A DNA stretch of 62,504 bases, filler included. It is 4 parts of 4 records of this genome, joined end to end, with 100 filler letters (N's around TTAATTAATTAA, not from the genome) between each part and the next. Parts side by side here need not be neighbours in the genome. Positions count along the whole stretch, not along the records: positions 22,217 to 39,924 come from SRR31156797_2117; positions 40,025 to 53,411 come from SRR31156797_2138; 2 more parts are not named here. One strand, 5' to 3'. A program made the translations under genes and the position numbers. Of this stretch, positions 31,701 to 43,865 are shown in pieces. The stretch's first letter is position 1. Each line of letters opens with the position of its first letter. The notes below the pieces were generated by a model, which was not told the origin of the DNA, made no database searches, and saw nothing but the letters and a program-made list of their open reading frames with translations.

Positions 31701-34700
31701 CGCCGTTACGATTTCGATAGCCCGGGCGAGGGCGTGGGCAGTGAGTATTACCAGCTCAGAACGAACAGTGCGCTCTACTATTCTTCGGTTGAGAATGTGG
31801 ATTACAGCGATCCGGGCAAGGGGGCCATGCTGGCTTCTTCCGAGCATAAGAACTACCTCAAAGTCGACGGCTCGGGAAGAATGATCTTTGCCGACTCTCT
31901 GGAACCGGCCCTCTTCGATGTGATCGTCGACGGAGGCGGGGATGTCTTTTCGCTCCGCCCCACCAGCGCATCGGGCAAGTCGGGACGCTACTTCTTCAGT
32001 AAGAAGCAGGGTAACCATGGACTGACCAACAACAAGTTTTTCTCAGTATTCGGTACGGTACTGGACGATGGAACGGATGACGAAAACGATGCGCCCGAGG
32101 CCTGGATGGTTCTGCTGATCGACGGCAGGGAGCAGAGAACTCCCCTCAGGACAGGGGATTTTCACCTGGTCTTCGATAACAAGGCCGTGAAGACTCCCAG
32201 CTCTGTAAAGCTCTACATCGAGACTTCGGCAGACATTGTCCTAGCTAAGGATTTCATGTTCACAGAGGGGGACTATGTCCTTCCCGAGGAAGCTCTGAAC
32301 GGGCTCAGCCCGGTCCGGGCGGAAACACAGTACGCCTTCAGCACCCAGGGCACCGTGGACCTTTGGTACAAGCCCATCAATATCAATGCCGAGGGCTTCG
32401 CCAGCTACGGCGCTACGATATTCGACAGCGAGTACATCACCCTCTACACAAAGCTGGATGACGGGGTCGCCCGTTTCTGCGCCAGGTTGAAAGGAGACAG
32501 CGAGCCTAAGGAGCTGGAGAGCGATTTCCCCGTTACCAGCGGATGGCATAACCTCCAGCTTTCCTACAGCGTGAATGACGATATCGCCTACTTCTTCGTA
32601 GACGGCGTGATGGCCTCTGTGATAAACGACTCGCTTCCGAAGTCGGCCTCCATGAAGAGCTACGTACCCTCTGGGGACAATATGGTTTTCGGCGGCTCCC
32701 TGGCTGATCCCGAAGACAATGCGGATGGTTTCATAGACTCGGTTTTCATAAGCCGCATCTTCAGAAACGCCCTGTACGAAGACAAGTCCCCCGTACGGTT
32801 CCGTTATTACCAGAATACGGACGACTTCTCCCAGAATCAGTCTACCCTGGACGCGGGCCTCGAGGTCTCCACCCGGTTCAGCGGAGACGCTGAGGACGTG
32901 GTCTACTCACTCTCCTCCCGGGACGGAAAGTACCGGCTCTTCAATGACAAGGCTTCGGCGACAGATCACGGCTTTGAGATCGATAAGCTGCCCTCGGCCG
33001 CCTATAACTTCTATAACTCCATGAGGATCAATGGGTACCGCTTCGATAAGCGCTTCTCCTTTATCAAGAACAACAGGCCCAACTTTTCGGTTTCCGAAGC
33101 CACTCCTCTGATCGTGAACGGCATCAGCGGAGATATCAAATTCGGTGTTCGTTACGACGAGTCCTACCTCCTTCAGAGCAACGACGGAATCTATTCGGGA
33201 TTCGCCCTGCAGATCCGGGGCAACCGGGAGACTCCCTTCGATAAGACGATCTATGTGTACGAGGATCCTCTCAAGCCGGATAGCTGGCTGTATGAGATGG
33301 AGGACGGCGCGGCCGATCCCGAGCCAGTCGATATTGTGAACAATGAGTTCCGCATTATTTTCGATCAGATCATATCCGTGGAGGATATTGAATGGGAGCT
33401 GCGTTCCTTCTACTTCGACAATGCCTTCGATAAGGCCAGTTACAACTTTGACCGGATCTCTCCCGACCGGGAGGGCTCCATCCCCATCGCCACTTTGACG
33501 GTGGAGAAGCCGGTCAAAATAATTGGAAGGACCAAAGAGGAAATAGAATACAAACTTGTCGTAGAGATAGGAAACGATAACGGCCGGGTCGACGACCTCC
33601 TCCTTGAAAAACTCAGTATCTCCAACCGGGTCGTCCTGCAGGATCCCGACAATCCTCAGGTGCTGGAAACCAGCTTCCCCCTCGAGGGGACCCGGATCGA
33701 GCTCTTCTATGACGATTTTCTGCCCGCGTTCGGATTCTACAGCTGCACCGTTTCCCTCTGCTATGAGGGAGAGAGCGTCAGCTCCAGGGATCTGAACCTC
33801 ACGTGGAGGAGTACGGAAGACAGCCACGGAGAGGTGGAGAATATCGAGAAGAAGCTGAGCATCACCGACTTCGCGCTCCTTTACCTGGATAAGGAAACCT
33901 CAGACGGGGCCATCGAAAGCAAGGCCAAGCTCTACCTCGAATACGATCAGAGCGGCATTGAGAACCGGCTGTACTACGATCTTCAGGTATACGAAGTCTT
34001 GAACGGAGTCGATTACAGCGATTTCTACAGCTGCTCCGCAAAACAGCTGGACGGCAAGGGATTCCAGATCATCAATCAGATCCCCGTCCCCGAAAACGAT
34101 TCTCTGGTCATCCTCCAGCTTTACGAGCTGGGCGCGGACAATGCCCAGGAGCTTCTCAGGAAGGCCGAGCTAAGGATCAGCAACGAATCCGCCGCACCCG
34201 TTGTCAGCATCACCAATACGGTGGACAACAGGATCTCCTATAACAACGTCCTTTTCACCTGGAAGGGTTACTATGAAGGCGCCTACAATGCGGACGTTCA
34301 GTTCTCCTACAACTTCGACCGCCAGGGATGGACTTCCTGGAAGAAGGACAGACGCTCTCTAGAGCTCTTCGATCTCGAAGAGGGCTATCATGTCTTCGAG
34401 GTGAAGGGTTCTTATAATGAGGTGGAATCGGTGGTTCAGTCGGTGCCCTTCTTTGTGGATGTGAAGAAGCCTGAGTTCGATGAGGCCGTCTTTACGGTCG
34501 TTCCCGTATACGATACGGAAGGGATTATCAAATCCGTTAATATCAGCGGCGGTGCCGGGGCCGTGACAGACAGCTCTCTGAGGACCCTGCTGATCGACGG
34601 GGAAAGGGTCGCCTTCCGTGAAGACGGCAGCTTCCCCTCTGTCAATGTGGAGATCCGCAAGGACGGGGAAAACGCCATCGTCTGCGTCGCCTATGACGAT

Positions 34701-37700
34701 GTGGGCAACCTGAAAGAGCACAATCTGTATGTGGACAACGGCATCACGGAGCTTCTGTTTCCCAGCCTGAAGGAGAACCTGCGCTACGCCCCGGCGGTTA
34801 TCGTCGGAAAGCTGAATGCGGAGGTTCTGTCCGAGGTGGAGATCTACCTCTGCGATCCCGAGGCGGGCGTACGCGATTCATCGGATCTGTCTGGCTGGAA
34901 GAAGGCCGTGATCAACAGCGACCGGACCTTCTTCGTAGAGGATGTCTATATCAACCCCGGTACGGCGGGCAGAACCAACGACACGGGCCTCACCCTGGCT
35001 GTGAAGACGCCCTCGGGACTGGTCTTCAAGAAAGACTTCACCGTCAGCGCCAATGAGCTGATCCTTCCCATCGAGATGGAATTCTCATCCCATGCGGTGG
35101 AAGGGGAGAACAAGCCCACCGAGGTGACCATCGACTGTATGGCCCATGTGGAGAACATCTCCTCCTGGAGCATCGACTTCAACGGCGACGGCATCTACGA
35201 TGAAATCCTCACCGTCGACAATCCCGCCCTGGCCCGGAGCCAGAGCTGGACCCACAGCTATTCCAGCCTGGGGCAGATCGCCCCCCGGGTGCGGGTCATC
35301 ACCACCGACGGGAACTACTTCTCCGTATCCGACAGGATCATCATCCACGAGCAGATCACCGAATCCAGCAATGTGATGGTAGACGACCCCGTGTCCCTCT
35401 CTTCCGTAAGGCTTGAGGACGGCAGCGACCGGGTTTACGTACTGGCCGGATCCGGCGGCAATCACCGGATCGAGGTCTTTGAGATCGGCCGGAACGACAG
35501 CTATATATCGGATAAGCTCTACTCCGTCTCTCTCGAGGGAATGGGCATAGACAACCCCGTGCAGGTCCTGGCCCTGGATAAGGAGCACCTCTATCTGGCT
35601 GCCAACCGGGCGGGACAGGGCTATGTGTACCTCCTGAAGGCGAACGAGTTTGGCAACTTCGTCAAACGGGAGGAGCACGGCTTCTCCCTCCCCAATCCCA
35701 TACGTGAGATGGATGCCGACGGGAACCATCTCTACCTGACATCCGGCGATGCCAACCACCTGACGAGGGTCGCCCTGGATCGGAAGCTGACGCAGATCGA
35801 TACTGTCGAGACCGTTGATATCAAGAACGGCTACCTCAAGGAGCCGGGAGCCAATCTGGCGCTGGCCCGTCAGCGGGACGCCCTGATCATCGCCGACTAC
35901 GAGGAGCACCGGATGCTCTCCCTGAATCCCGATTTCTCCGTGGCCGCCTACTATGACGACTTCGGCAGCGGCGAAAGGGAGTTCCAGAGACCCGCCCTCG
36001 TGGAGGCCGTTGAGAACAGAATCTTCGTCTTCGACGAGATCAGGAAGGACATCCAGGTCTTCGACTCCGAATTCCGTTCGGTCTGCAGCCTGCGCTACAG
36101 GGACGGCGCCGACAACAACTATATGGAAAAGGCCGCCATGGACGACCTGCGGGGACTCTCGGTGGTAACCAGAAACGAGGGCAACAGGCTCTACTACTAC
36201 GCCCTGATGATCAGCGGCAGCACCGAGAAACTGTCCATGATCCGCCTGCCCCAGTGGGAGGAGCTGCGGGCCAGCGTCCGCAACAACAAGATCGTCTTCC
36301 TCAAGGACAGGGAGATCTTCACGGCCAAGCCCGACGGCAGCGACCTGACGCGGATACTCTCCACCGACAGCCTGCCCCGTATCGAGGGCACCCTGGACTA
36401 TCCGGCCATCTCTCCCGACGGCAGGACCATCGTCTTCACCTCTCGGGTCGAGCTCTACGACGGTAACGGCCGCAGGGACGGAACGGACGACCAGTATGCC
36501 TACGACAACCTCTATATGGTGGATGTCACCGGCGAGAACCTGACCAGGATTCCCCTGGGCATGATCAACAACTTCGAGATCGAGAGGCCTGTCTTCAGCT
36601 CCAACGGCGACAGGATCATCTGTTCCGCCAAGGAAGCGGGAGGCCACTGGCAGATCTATGTCTATAACCTGGAGACCGGAGGGATCAGCAAGCTCTTCCA
36701 GTCGGATGAGAACGCCAGGTTCCCCTATTACTCTCCCGACGACCGCTATGTGGTCTTCACCACAGACTACGACGGGGACGAAGAGGTCGTGATCGCGGAT
36801 GTGGAGAATGTGAATATGCGTGTGGCCGTGAGCGCCAACAACTGCCGGGATTCCTATCCCGTCTGGAGCACCCTTTATCCCTTCGAGATCGGCAACTCCG
36901 ATCTGGACATCGATTCCAAGATCGCCTTCGTCAGCGAGAGGGGATTCAAGAAGTCCGCCTACTACAGCTATGTGTCCCGGCCCTCCGAGTCGGATGTCCG
37001 CATCGTGACCAAGGCGGGCGAGGAGACCGGCGGCGATCCCGATACGGCGGCCCTGCCCATCAGCTCGACGGCGGACGAATCGGACTATCCCAGCTTCACC
37101 GGCGACGGACGCTCGGTGGTCTTCGAATACCAGAAGGACTGGGAGACCGGTCTGCTCCGCTACGACATGGACAAGGACCTGAGCAGCGTGATGAACCTTC
37201 CGGCCGAGGCGAGCAAGCCCGCGGGTATGAAGAATATGATCGTCAACTTCAAGACCGAGCATGTGAACGGCAACGACCTGATGCTCAGCTGGTCGCCCTA
37301 TACGGACAAGGACACCTTCTACACCCTCCAGTTCCGCCTGAACGACGAGGGGGCCGGTTTTGTGGAGAAGAAATTCTTCACCAGCGGCCATGCTGTTCTG
37401 AATGACCTTGAGATGGGCTCCGAGTACCTGATGAGGGTCTGCATCATCGAGAACGGGCAGGAGGCCGCCACCTCCCAGTGGAAGACGGTTCTGATGCCCG
37501 AGGTCGCCGCCCGCGCCGAGGTCGGCATCGACGGGGACAATCCCTATCTGGTCCGCCTGAAGGCCTGGAAGCCCACCGAGGATACCAAGTGGCAGTACAG
37601 CTGGATCATCGATAATCAGGAGATCGCCGTGCAGTCCACCGAAGAGTACCTCTACGAGTTCTCCACAAGCGGCACGAAGACCATCATGCTCAAGGCCTCG

Positions 37701-39924
37701 GACCTCTCCAACAGCCATACGGATGTCTCCGAGCCCATGACCGTAAAGATCGTGAGCGATATCGTTCCGTCGGTCGAGTATGTCCTGGCCGACGATTCCA
37801 GCTATGTGGAACTGAGCGCCGAGAACTCTCTGGGACAGCGCATCGACTGGGCCAACGCCCGCTGGATCGTATCCGGCCCCGGTCAGCCTCCCTTGGCGCC
37901 GGTGACCGGTTCCAAGGTCATCGTCCCTCTGGACGTGTTCAAGCATAAGGTGAATGTGAACCTGGCCCTTACCAGAATCCCCGTTAACGGCCAGTCCTCC
38001 ACGGACACCCTGGAGAAGAACATCACCCTGGACCTGGACTTCAAGGATGTGAAGCCCGTCATCACCTACGAGGTCAACGAGGCCGATCCCAGGCTTTTCA
38101 GCTTCTCGGGCTCCGATTCCATCGGAAACATCGACTGGTACAACGCCCTGTGGACCATCTACGGAGACGGTGTGGTGCTCCATCAGCAGAACGGCAAGAG
38201 CTCTGTCTCCTACCGCTTTGCGGAGCTGGGCAGCGACACGACCTATACGGTCTCCCTGACGGTACCCAGGATCAGCGACGGCAAGTCCGAGACCACCACC
38301 CAGATCGTGGCGGTGGAGCCGGCGGCCCTGGAGCCGGTGATCGACTATGAGATCATAGAACTGAAGGAAGCGGGGAAGACCGTGGGTGCCAAGGTCCTGT
38401 TCTCCTGTTCCAACTCCAAGGGAAGCAGCATAGACTTCGCCAACGCCCGCTGGTCGGTTCCCGTGGCGGGGGTCTACGGCGAGCAGCCCTCCCAGATCGG
38501 CCCCACGGCCATCTACAACCTCTTCGACACCTCCAGCAGCACCCAGGTCGAGGTCTCCCTCACCCTGATGCGCAAGGGCGGCGTGGACGCCCAGACGGTC
38601 ACCCGCCTGATCAGCATCAAGGCCGGGGACGTGACCCAGCCGGAGATCATCGTCCGGAAGAACACCGAGACCACCAGCAGCGGTCACGCCATCGTCCTGG
38701 ACGCCCTGTCCTCGACCGGTCCCAACATCGACTGGGAGAAGACCCAGTGGCTCTTCGACGGCCAGTACGCCAAGACCGGCCCCGTGGCCCGCTACGATCT
38801 GCCCTATTCGGGCGAGGAGCAGGTGGTCCGCTATGTCTGTACCCTCTACAGGCACGGGGACGAGCCCATCAGCGACCAGGGCGAGATCGTCCTGGGCAGC
38901 GACAGGATCAAGCCCCTGATCAATGTGGGCGAGAACCTGGGGAACAATGTCTTCCGCCTGACCGTGGAGAAGACCGAGGCCGCCAACGTGGACTGGAACA
39001 GGACCACCTGGTACATCTTCGACGGCAACGAGAACGTGGTGACCCTCCGGGGCTCCAACATCCTCCATACCTTCGTTCCCAAGAGCGAGGCCATGGGCTA
39101 TCCCGTGATGGTGGAGATGTTCTTCCTCAACGACGACACACCCTTTGTGGGCTATAAGACGGTGGACATTGAGGGTGACGAGCTGACCCCCGTGATCACC
39201 TGGGACCTGTCTGAGGCCGATCCCACGGTGGTCCAGTTCTCTGCCCAGGACTCTTCGGGCAGCGCCATAGACTGGTCCCAGGCCAAGTGGACATTCGGCG
39301 ACTCCTCCGAGTCCCAGTACGGTCCCTCTGTGGCCCATAAGTACCCTGTGAACGGATCAGACAGAAATTACAAGGTCTCCCTGACCCTGACCAGAAAGAA
39401 CACCAACGGCTCCCAGGAATCGGCGACGGTCTACAAGACGGTAGCCATAGCCGACGACAAGATCAAACCGGTCCTGAAGGCCGAGCTCCGGGGCAACGGC
39501 TATCTGGTCCTCACATCAGAAGACTCCGAAGGCCGTGGCCTCCTCCTGGACAGAACCTCCTGGCTCTTTGAAGGGGAGGGGGATAGTTCGAGCAGTAGTG
39601 TTTCGACTCAGACAGGAACTATAGAGAATTCAACTCACAATGGGAGAACGAGTGTGACTGTAGAAGCTGCTGCTGGAGACTTATTCCCGAAAGTTTCAAC
39701 ATCTAGTACTCTAGATTACGGTTATTCGAATAGCACTACTTCCTATAATGACTATAAAAACAGTAATGAGTCCTTCTCTACATCCAATTCTCACATCGGA
39801 GCTACCTGCCGTCGCTATGTGGGAGACCAAAAGCGTATCGTAGTCACAATGTTTGTCTATCGAATGGACTCCGATGGAGGAATGACCGGAGAATCCATCA
39901 CAGTCAACATCGACTGCGAAGAAG
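25710..39924 (+). CDS. Giant (>4,738 aa, 3'-truncated) secreted multidomain protein: cohesin-like, Ig-like, LamG-like, PKD, NHL-like and TolB/PD40-like propellers, FN3, PKD-like repeats
   Basis: One uninterrupted ORF with a signal peptide. Cohesin-like LFFDLSYDSRKLSF...GTFALLRFRVK; LamG-like GTVDLWYKP...GWHNLQLSY...FFVDG...GFID; PD40-like PAISPDGRTIVF, PVFSSNGD, PYYSPDD, PSFTGDG. Domain calls are by motif recognition only. Confidence 0.85.
37770..39924 (+). repeat. Seven divergent ~90-100-aa PKD-like repeats at the C-terminus of the giant protein
   Basis: Recurring S.G..IDW..A.W motif near 37818, 38109, 38406, 38703, 38964, 39243 and (degenerate) 39516. Confidence 0.75.
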
Positions 39925-40024
39925 NNNNNNNNNNNNNNNNNNNNNNNNNNNNNNNNNNNNNNNNNNNNTTAATTAATTAANNNNNNNNNNNNNNNNNNNN
40001 NNNNNNNNNNNNNNNNNNNNNNNN
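39925..40024. other. Artificial contig spacer
   Basis: 44N-TTAATTAATTAA-44N. Confidence 0.98.
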
Positions 40025-40481
40025 AGGAATACTTCCGGTTCAGGAATAGAAAAATTAGAGAGAGAAAAAGAAGGTTAAAATAGAAAGCCCAGACAAGGAT
40101 GAGTTACCAGGGGGAGAAAGCAATGTGCAACGCTCTGAAAATTACATCATCATTACATAAATCATGTGACCAAATGAAATCATTGACCGGACTCTGGATC
40201 ACAAATACGATAATGAGAACCGCGCCCGTACATTGATTGAGTATGATTCTTATTCTATTTAAAATCTTCAATCAGCCGGATCTGCTCCCTCTCGAGGACG
40301 ATGCCCAGATCGACTGTATGGGGCTTTTGAAGGCTCCGAAAACTGTTATGCCAATATCAGGCGCGTTCGCTGTCGCGGAGCAGTCTTCAGTGCCCTGAAG
40401 GGCGGGATATGGGACGCCCGCGACCTGTTAGAGCAATCGCCTGCGAAGAAGCAGAGGGGCGAATCGGAATGGGATTGAGGG

Positions 40482-41732
40482 TCACTCAAACGATGACAGA
40501 TACTCCCCGTATCCCTGGGCTTCCAAATCCTCGCGGGGAACAAAGCGGAGGGCGGCCGAGTTGATGCAGTACCGCAGCCCATCCGGTCCGGGACCGTCGT
40601 CAAAGACATGCCCCAGATGGGAGTCTCCGTAGTAACTGCGCAGCTCAGTTCGTATCATGCCGTAGGTCGTATCTGTTTCGGTTACGATGTTTCCCTTCTC
40701 CGCAGGCCTGGTAAAGCTGGGCCAACCGGTGCCCGAATCAAACTTATCGGCAGAGCTGAAGAGGACTTCTCCCGAGACCACGTCCACATAGATTCCGTCC
40801 TCATGGTTGTCCCAGTATGCGTTGGCAAAGGGAGCTTCCGTTCCGTTTTCCTGTGTGATTTGATACTGGAGATCGGTCAATGCCTCTTTCAGTGCGTCAG
40901 GTCCGGGTTTGATGAATCCGCTCCCCGATGGGGGCGGCGAGGGGATGAAACTCTGTTTTTGCTCATGAGAATCCGCTTCGCTTTTCTTCTGCTCGGCTCT
41001 CTTTTCAAGGGCCCTCTCAATGAAGCTGTTCTCTTCAATGGCCGTGATACCTCTTCCGTAGGAGGGGAAGGTATCCAGGATAAAACTCTGGAATCTCCTG
41101 TCCAGGTTGAAGTGCAGAGACAAACCCAGGGTTATGAGGATGATACCGAAGGCCCTCTGGATCCTTCCGGCGTTTCCGCTGAGCCGCGGGAAGCGGCTTA
41201 TAACTTTCCTTCCGCCTATCATAATGCCGAGCATGGGTAGGGCCGTACCCAGAGAGTAGAAGAGCACGATGGCAGCCGCAGCCCCGTCGACCTGCTGACT
41301 GACCGCCAGCGTGATGACCGATGCCATGATCGGCCCCACGCAGGGTGTCCATATCAATCCGAGGCTGGCGCCCGCCAGGATCCCCCCGCCGAATCCTTCC
41401 CTCTGTTTATTCTGTTTCCGGCTGACAAGCCTTGAGGTGAACAGTTCGAATCTCTCCTGCAGTTTGGGAACAAGTAGGACAATCCCGAACAGGATGATGA
41501 TAAGAACGGCAACGCTCCTCAAGGCGCCCGCCGATATCTGAAGAGCCTGGACCAGGGTCGACAGGATCAATGTGAACAGGCTGAAACTGAGTACAAATCC
41601 AGTGACCACTCCCAGGGGCTTTCTCTTTCCGCCAACGCTTCCGGACAGTATCAGAGGAAGGACGGGAAGTATGCAGGGGGACAGTATGGTTACGATTCCG
41701 GACAGGAAGGCGAAAAAAGAAAGGACCAGCAT
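40482..41732 (-). CDS. msrB: CcdA/DsbD-type transmembrane electron carrier fused to methionine-R-sulfoxide reductase MsrB
   Basis: [10 protein letters not shown] and WTPCVGP (CcdA); [27 protein letters not shown] and [11 protein letters not shown] (MsrB). Confidence 0.9.
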   Translation of the reverse strand: MLVLSFFAFLSGIVTILSPCILPVLPLILSGSVGGKRKPLGVVTGFVLSFSLFTLILSTLVQALQISAGALRSVAVLIIILFGIVLLVPKLQERFELFTSRLVSRKQNKQREGFGGGILAGASLGLIWTPCVGPIMASVITLAVSQQVDGAAAAIVLFYSLGTALPMLGIMIGGRKVISRFPRLSGNAGRIQRAFGIILITLGLSLHFNLDRRFQSFILDTFPSYGRGITAIEENSFIERALEKRAEQKKSEADSHEQKQSFIPSPPPSGSGFIKPGPDALKEALTDLQYQITQENGTEAPFANAYWDNHEDGIYVDVVSGEVLFSSADKFDSGTGWPSFTRPAEKGNIVTETDTTYGMIRTELRSYYGDSHLGHVFDDGPGPDGLRYCINSAALRFVPREDLEAQGYGEYLSSFE

Positions 41733-41736
41733 GATT

Positions 41737-42207
41737 TTACATCTCCTTCTTCACTATGTTATTGAGAATTTCGGAGCTGCCGCCGCCGCTCCATTTGGCC
41801 AGGGCTTCCCCCATGGCATCTATCTGAACAAAGCTGTGCTGACTGGTGATACCGTATTTCTTCTGAAGATCGGCAGAGTTGTCATAGTCCACTTTGATGA
41901 TGTTTATCCCTTCAAGCTTCGCGGCGTTCATGTTGATGTCTTCTTCGCCGGACCGGCATCCCGGACACCAGCTGGCATGGAAAAACAGAACCGTCGGGGC
42001 CGATTCGGCCAGCATCATGACCTTATCAGCGTCGGTAAATTCGATGAGAGCTCCCTTCATTTCGGCTTTTTCGTCGCCCATCATCCCGGCTTTCTCATCG
42101 CCCGTCATCTCCTTCTCCATGGGAGGCTCCCCCTCCTTCTGTCCGGACGCGAATGCGGGAGCGGACAGGATCAATGCCAAAACGATTAATAGGGTTAACA
42201 ACTTCAT
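41737..42207 (-). CDS. Exported thioredoxin-family protein with a Met-rich linker
   Basis: Signal peptide ending AFASGQKE (spirochaete-style), [21 protein letters not shown] and [15 protein letters not shown] ribosome-binding site before the ATG at 42207. Confidence 0.85.
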   Translation of the reverse strand: MKLLTLLIVLALILSAPAFASGQKEGEPPMEKEMTGDEKAGMMGDEKAEMKGALIEFTDADKVMMLAESAPTVLFFHASWCPGCRSGEEDINMNAAKLEGINIIKVDYDNSADLQKKYGITSQHSFVQIDAMGEALAKWSGGGSSEILNNIVKKEM

Positions 42208-42313
42208 ACAATAACTCCTTAATCTGCCGAGGCTCCATCCGGAGCAACCGCAGATAGTTCTTTGATCACAGGGGACCCATAGAAAACAGTCTGTCCCTTC
42301 TGTGTCTGCTTTA

Positions 42314-42350
42314 AAGATAGGAGTCAATTATCACGAAACTGTCACAGAAC
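42314..42350 (-). promoter_or_regulatory. OmpR/PhoB-type direct-repeat box plus -10 element upstream of trx-ccdA/msrB
   Basis: Minus strand reads GTTCTGTGACA GTTTCGTGATA (11-bp period), then 9 nt, then TATCTT. Confidence 0.5.
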
Positions 42351-42404
42351 TTAAAACAATCGGTAAACAATGAGGCTCGGTTCTGTCCGATGGAAGGGAT
42401 GTGT

Positions 42405-43865
42405 CTACACTATTTCCGGCAGGCTGATCCTGAAGACGGCGCCCTTGCCTTCGGGGCTTTCCGCTTCAATCCGTCCTGAATGGAGCTCGACGATCTCTCT
42501 GGCGATGGCCAGACCCAGTCCCGTCCCGGGCCTTTCCCTGTTTCGGCTCTTGTCAGCCTTGTAGAAGCGCTCAAACAGATGGGGGAGATCTTCCGGAGCG
42601 ATCCCGCTGCCCGTATCTTCCACAGAGACAGTCTGCATAGAGCCTGAGCTCCCCAGTTCGAGAAAGATCCGCCCTCCCGCCGGTGTGTGGGCCAGTGCGT
42701 TCTCAATAATATTGGTCAGTACCCGCTCTATAAGGGCGATGTCCGCGCTGACCGTGTGCATCTCGCCTATGGGTTTCAGACGGATATCGATCTCCATCCC
42801 CTGGGAGAGGGTCTTCAGTTTGAGAACCACATCCTGTACGAGTTCGGCCAGGGAAAAGCTCTCCAGCTGGGGCATGACCTGCCTGGCTTCCAGCTTGGCG
42901 AGATCAAACAGCTCCTCCACAAGCCGCTGAAAGCTGGAGACATTCCGGATGCCGATCTCGAGGTATTCCCGTCTCTCCCTGTCGCTCAGGCCGTCATCCT
43001 TGATCAGGAGTGTCTCCAGGGAACCCCGGATTGAGGTGATCGGACTGCGCAGGTCGTGGGATATGTTTGCAATCAGATCCTTTCTCTGCTGCTCCGCAAG
43101 ATGCAGCTGTTCCACCCCCGATTCGATGGACCTCGCCATATCGTTGAAGCCTCTGCACAGGACGCTCAGTTCGTCCCGTCCCGAGGCTTCCACCCGCTGC
43201 CGGTAGTCCCCCTTTTCAAAGGCCCTGACGGCGGAGCTGAGCATGGTCAGCCTTCTCGTGAGGTAAAAGAACAGGGTCAGGCCGGCAATCAGTGTGGCCC
43301 CCAGGGCCAGGGAAAACGTGATGAGCGCCGAGCGGGCATAGTAGTTGTTTCTCAGGCTGTCCAGGGAGCGGTCGAAGCCCCTGCTCCTGAGTATCACGTA
43401 CACATAACCCAGGTCATCATCCAGTTTGAGGGTGGCCGCAGAAAAGGGTTTCCGGTCATTCCGGCTGAAAGGGTCGTCTCCCTGAACAGGCTCCAGCCCG
43501 CGGCTGCGGATGAAGCTTTCAACAGGATCTATATCGATGGTTTCCCGGGTCAGCGCCTCATCGTTATCGGTGAAATAGCAGAGAATCCCTCCCCGGCTTT
43601 CGACGATGTAGATCTCGACTTTGGGATTCAAAACCATGATGTAGTGGATCGCTTTTTTGATCTTCTCCTCCGAGAATCCGTCGGCCACAAGAGGTTCCAG
43701 TTCCCGGGCTATGCTCTGGGCGTAATCCCTGTTGAGCACCTGCTCCACTTCATCGAAGAGGTGACTCGATGCCTTAAAGGTAATTATCAGGCTGATAGAG
43801 CCCAGAAAGAGAATGAGAAGAAGAAAAAGAAGGGAAAGCCGGGCATAGAAGGACCTGAATATCAT
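42405..43865 (-). CDS. HAMP-domain sensor histidine kinase
   Basis: Two TM helices, HAMP (GRDELSVL), H-box ISHDLRSP, NIIENA, DTGSGI and GTGLGL. ATGA overlap with the response regulator. Confidence 0.93.
   Translation of the reverse strand: MIFRSFYARLSLLFLLLILFLGSISLIITFKASSHLFDEVEQVLNRDYAQSIARELEPLVADGFSEEKIKKAIHYIMVLNPKVEIYIVESRGGILCYFTDNDEALTRETIDIDPVESFIRSRGLEPVQGDDPFSRNDRKPFSAATLKLDDDLGYVYVILRSRGFDRSLDSLRNNYYARSALITFSLALGATLIAGLTLFFYLTRRLTMLSSAVRAFEKGDYRQRVEASGRDELSVLCRGFNDMARSIESGVEQLHLAEQQRKDLIANISHDLRSPITSIRGSLETLLIKDDGLSDRERREYLEIGIRNVSSFQRLVEELFDLAKLEARQVMPQLESFSLAELVQDVVLKLKTLSQGMEIDIRLKPIGEMHTVSADIALIERVLTNIIENALAHTPAGGRIFLELGSSGSMQTVSVEDTGSGIAPEDLPHLFERFYKADKSRNRERPGTGLGLAIAREIVELHSGRIEAESPEGKGAVFRISLPEIV

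Noticed and set aside
35085-39338. 1,417-aa antisense ORF inside the giant gene
   Set aside because: Shadow frame produced by strong C/G third-position bias on the coding strand; V/G/D/H-rich with no recognisable motifs.
40025-40480. Possible pseudogene or attC-like site (GTTATGC, GTTAGAG) at the start of contig C
   Set aside because: Only short broken frames are present, with no matching inverted core pair and no recognisable family.
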